DNA from: an uncultured archaeon
GTDB taxonomy: Archaea; Iainarchaeota; Iainarchaeia; Iainarchaeales; 0-14-0-20-30-16
Length of the DNA: 13,398 nt
Reading direction: 5' to 3'
Assembly (NCBI GenBank): GCA_964565125.1
Contig: CAZMCX010000012.1
Span: 1-13,398 of the forward strand
Shown here: positions 13,349-13,398 of the stretch, piece after piece
Layout: every line of letters begins with the position of its first letter
Position numbering within the stretch: position 1 is the first letter of the stretch
Notes under the pieces: model-generated
Database searches by the model: none
Told to the model about the DNA's origin: nothing
Seen by the model: the letters and a program-made list of their open reading frames with translations, nothing else
Position numbers and translations under genes: made by a program

Positions 13349-13398
13349 TTTAAATTTTCTTATAGGGCCTAAACAGCATTAGTTATGTCTTGCCCATG

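Noticed and set aside
1-13398. Whole window as a tRNA-integrated genomic island or mobile element
   Set aside because: No integrase, transposase or plasmid/virus genes are present. Most genes are housekeeping (rtcB, rnhB, taw1, csp). No matching direct repeat of the tRNA 3' end occurs at the far side.
13361-13398. GGGCCTAAA...GCCCAT at the right edge resembles the reverse complement of the left-end hairpin ATGGGCTTTAGGCCCAT (31-47); also considered as the 5' end of a tRNA
   Set aside because: Only 9 + 6 nt match, split by an 18-nt insertion. There is no D-arm consensus (no GG D-loop, no paired D-stem), and the window truncates the region. It is probably chance, and is noted only for anyone extending the sequence.

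Overview
AT-rich, tightly packed chromosomal segment that looks archaeal. Evidence: RtcB RNA ligase, RNase HII, Taw1/TYW1 radical-SAM enzyme, a Dph6 (diphthine-ammonia ligase)-type domain, a textbook C/D box sRNA, TATA-like promoters and GGTG/GGAGG-type ribosome-binding sites. Small genes, overlapping stops and Lys/Ile/Asn-rich proteins suggest a small-genome (DPANN-like) archaeon, but that is inference only. Everything here comes from reading the sequence and recalling family motifs; no searches or alignments were run. Gene order: (1) the 3' end of a tRNA gene at the window edge, followed by two 93-bp tandem units that each re-copy the tRNA 3' end. (2) A 945-aa membrane-anchored protein with a transglutaminase/papain-like Cys-His-Asp core. 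(3) A convergent 162-aa UBA-like plus coiled-coil protein. (4) rtcB-rnhB, translationally coupled. (5) A convergent GNAT acetyltransferase. (6) A 400-bp intergenic region holding degenerate 70-bp repeats, a perfect 13-bp hairpin and an unannotated C/D box sRNA on the minus strand. (7) A toxin-antitoxin pair: ribbon-helix-helix-like antitoxin plus MazF/PemK-like toxin. (8) An Arg/His-rich orphan gene. (9) A 683-aa fusion of a complete AsnB-type glutamine amidotransferase/synthetase with a Dph6-type ATP-pyrophosphatase. (10) A membrane-anchored CxxC thioredoxin-fold protein plus a CcdA/DsbD-like membrane protein. (11) A cold-shock-domain protein. (12) taw1 on the minus strand, preceded by a compact string of three small genes (winged-helix 87 aa, 43 aa, AbrB/SpoVT 56 aa). 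Two of these are below the ORF-track cutoff. There is no integrase, transposase, CRISPR array or recognisable defence gene. The most unusual items are the AsnB-Dph6 fusion, the tRNA-linked structured tandem repeat, the C/D sRNA locus with its flanking repeats, and the small-gene string upstream of taw1.
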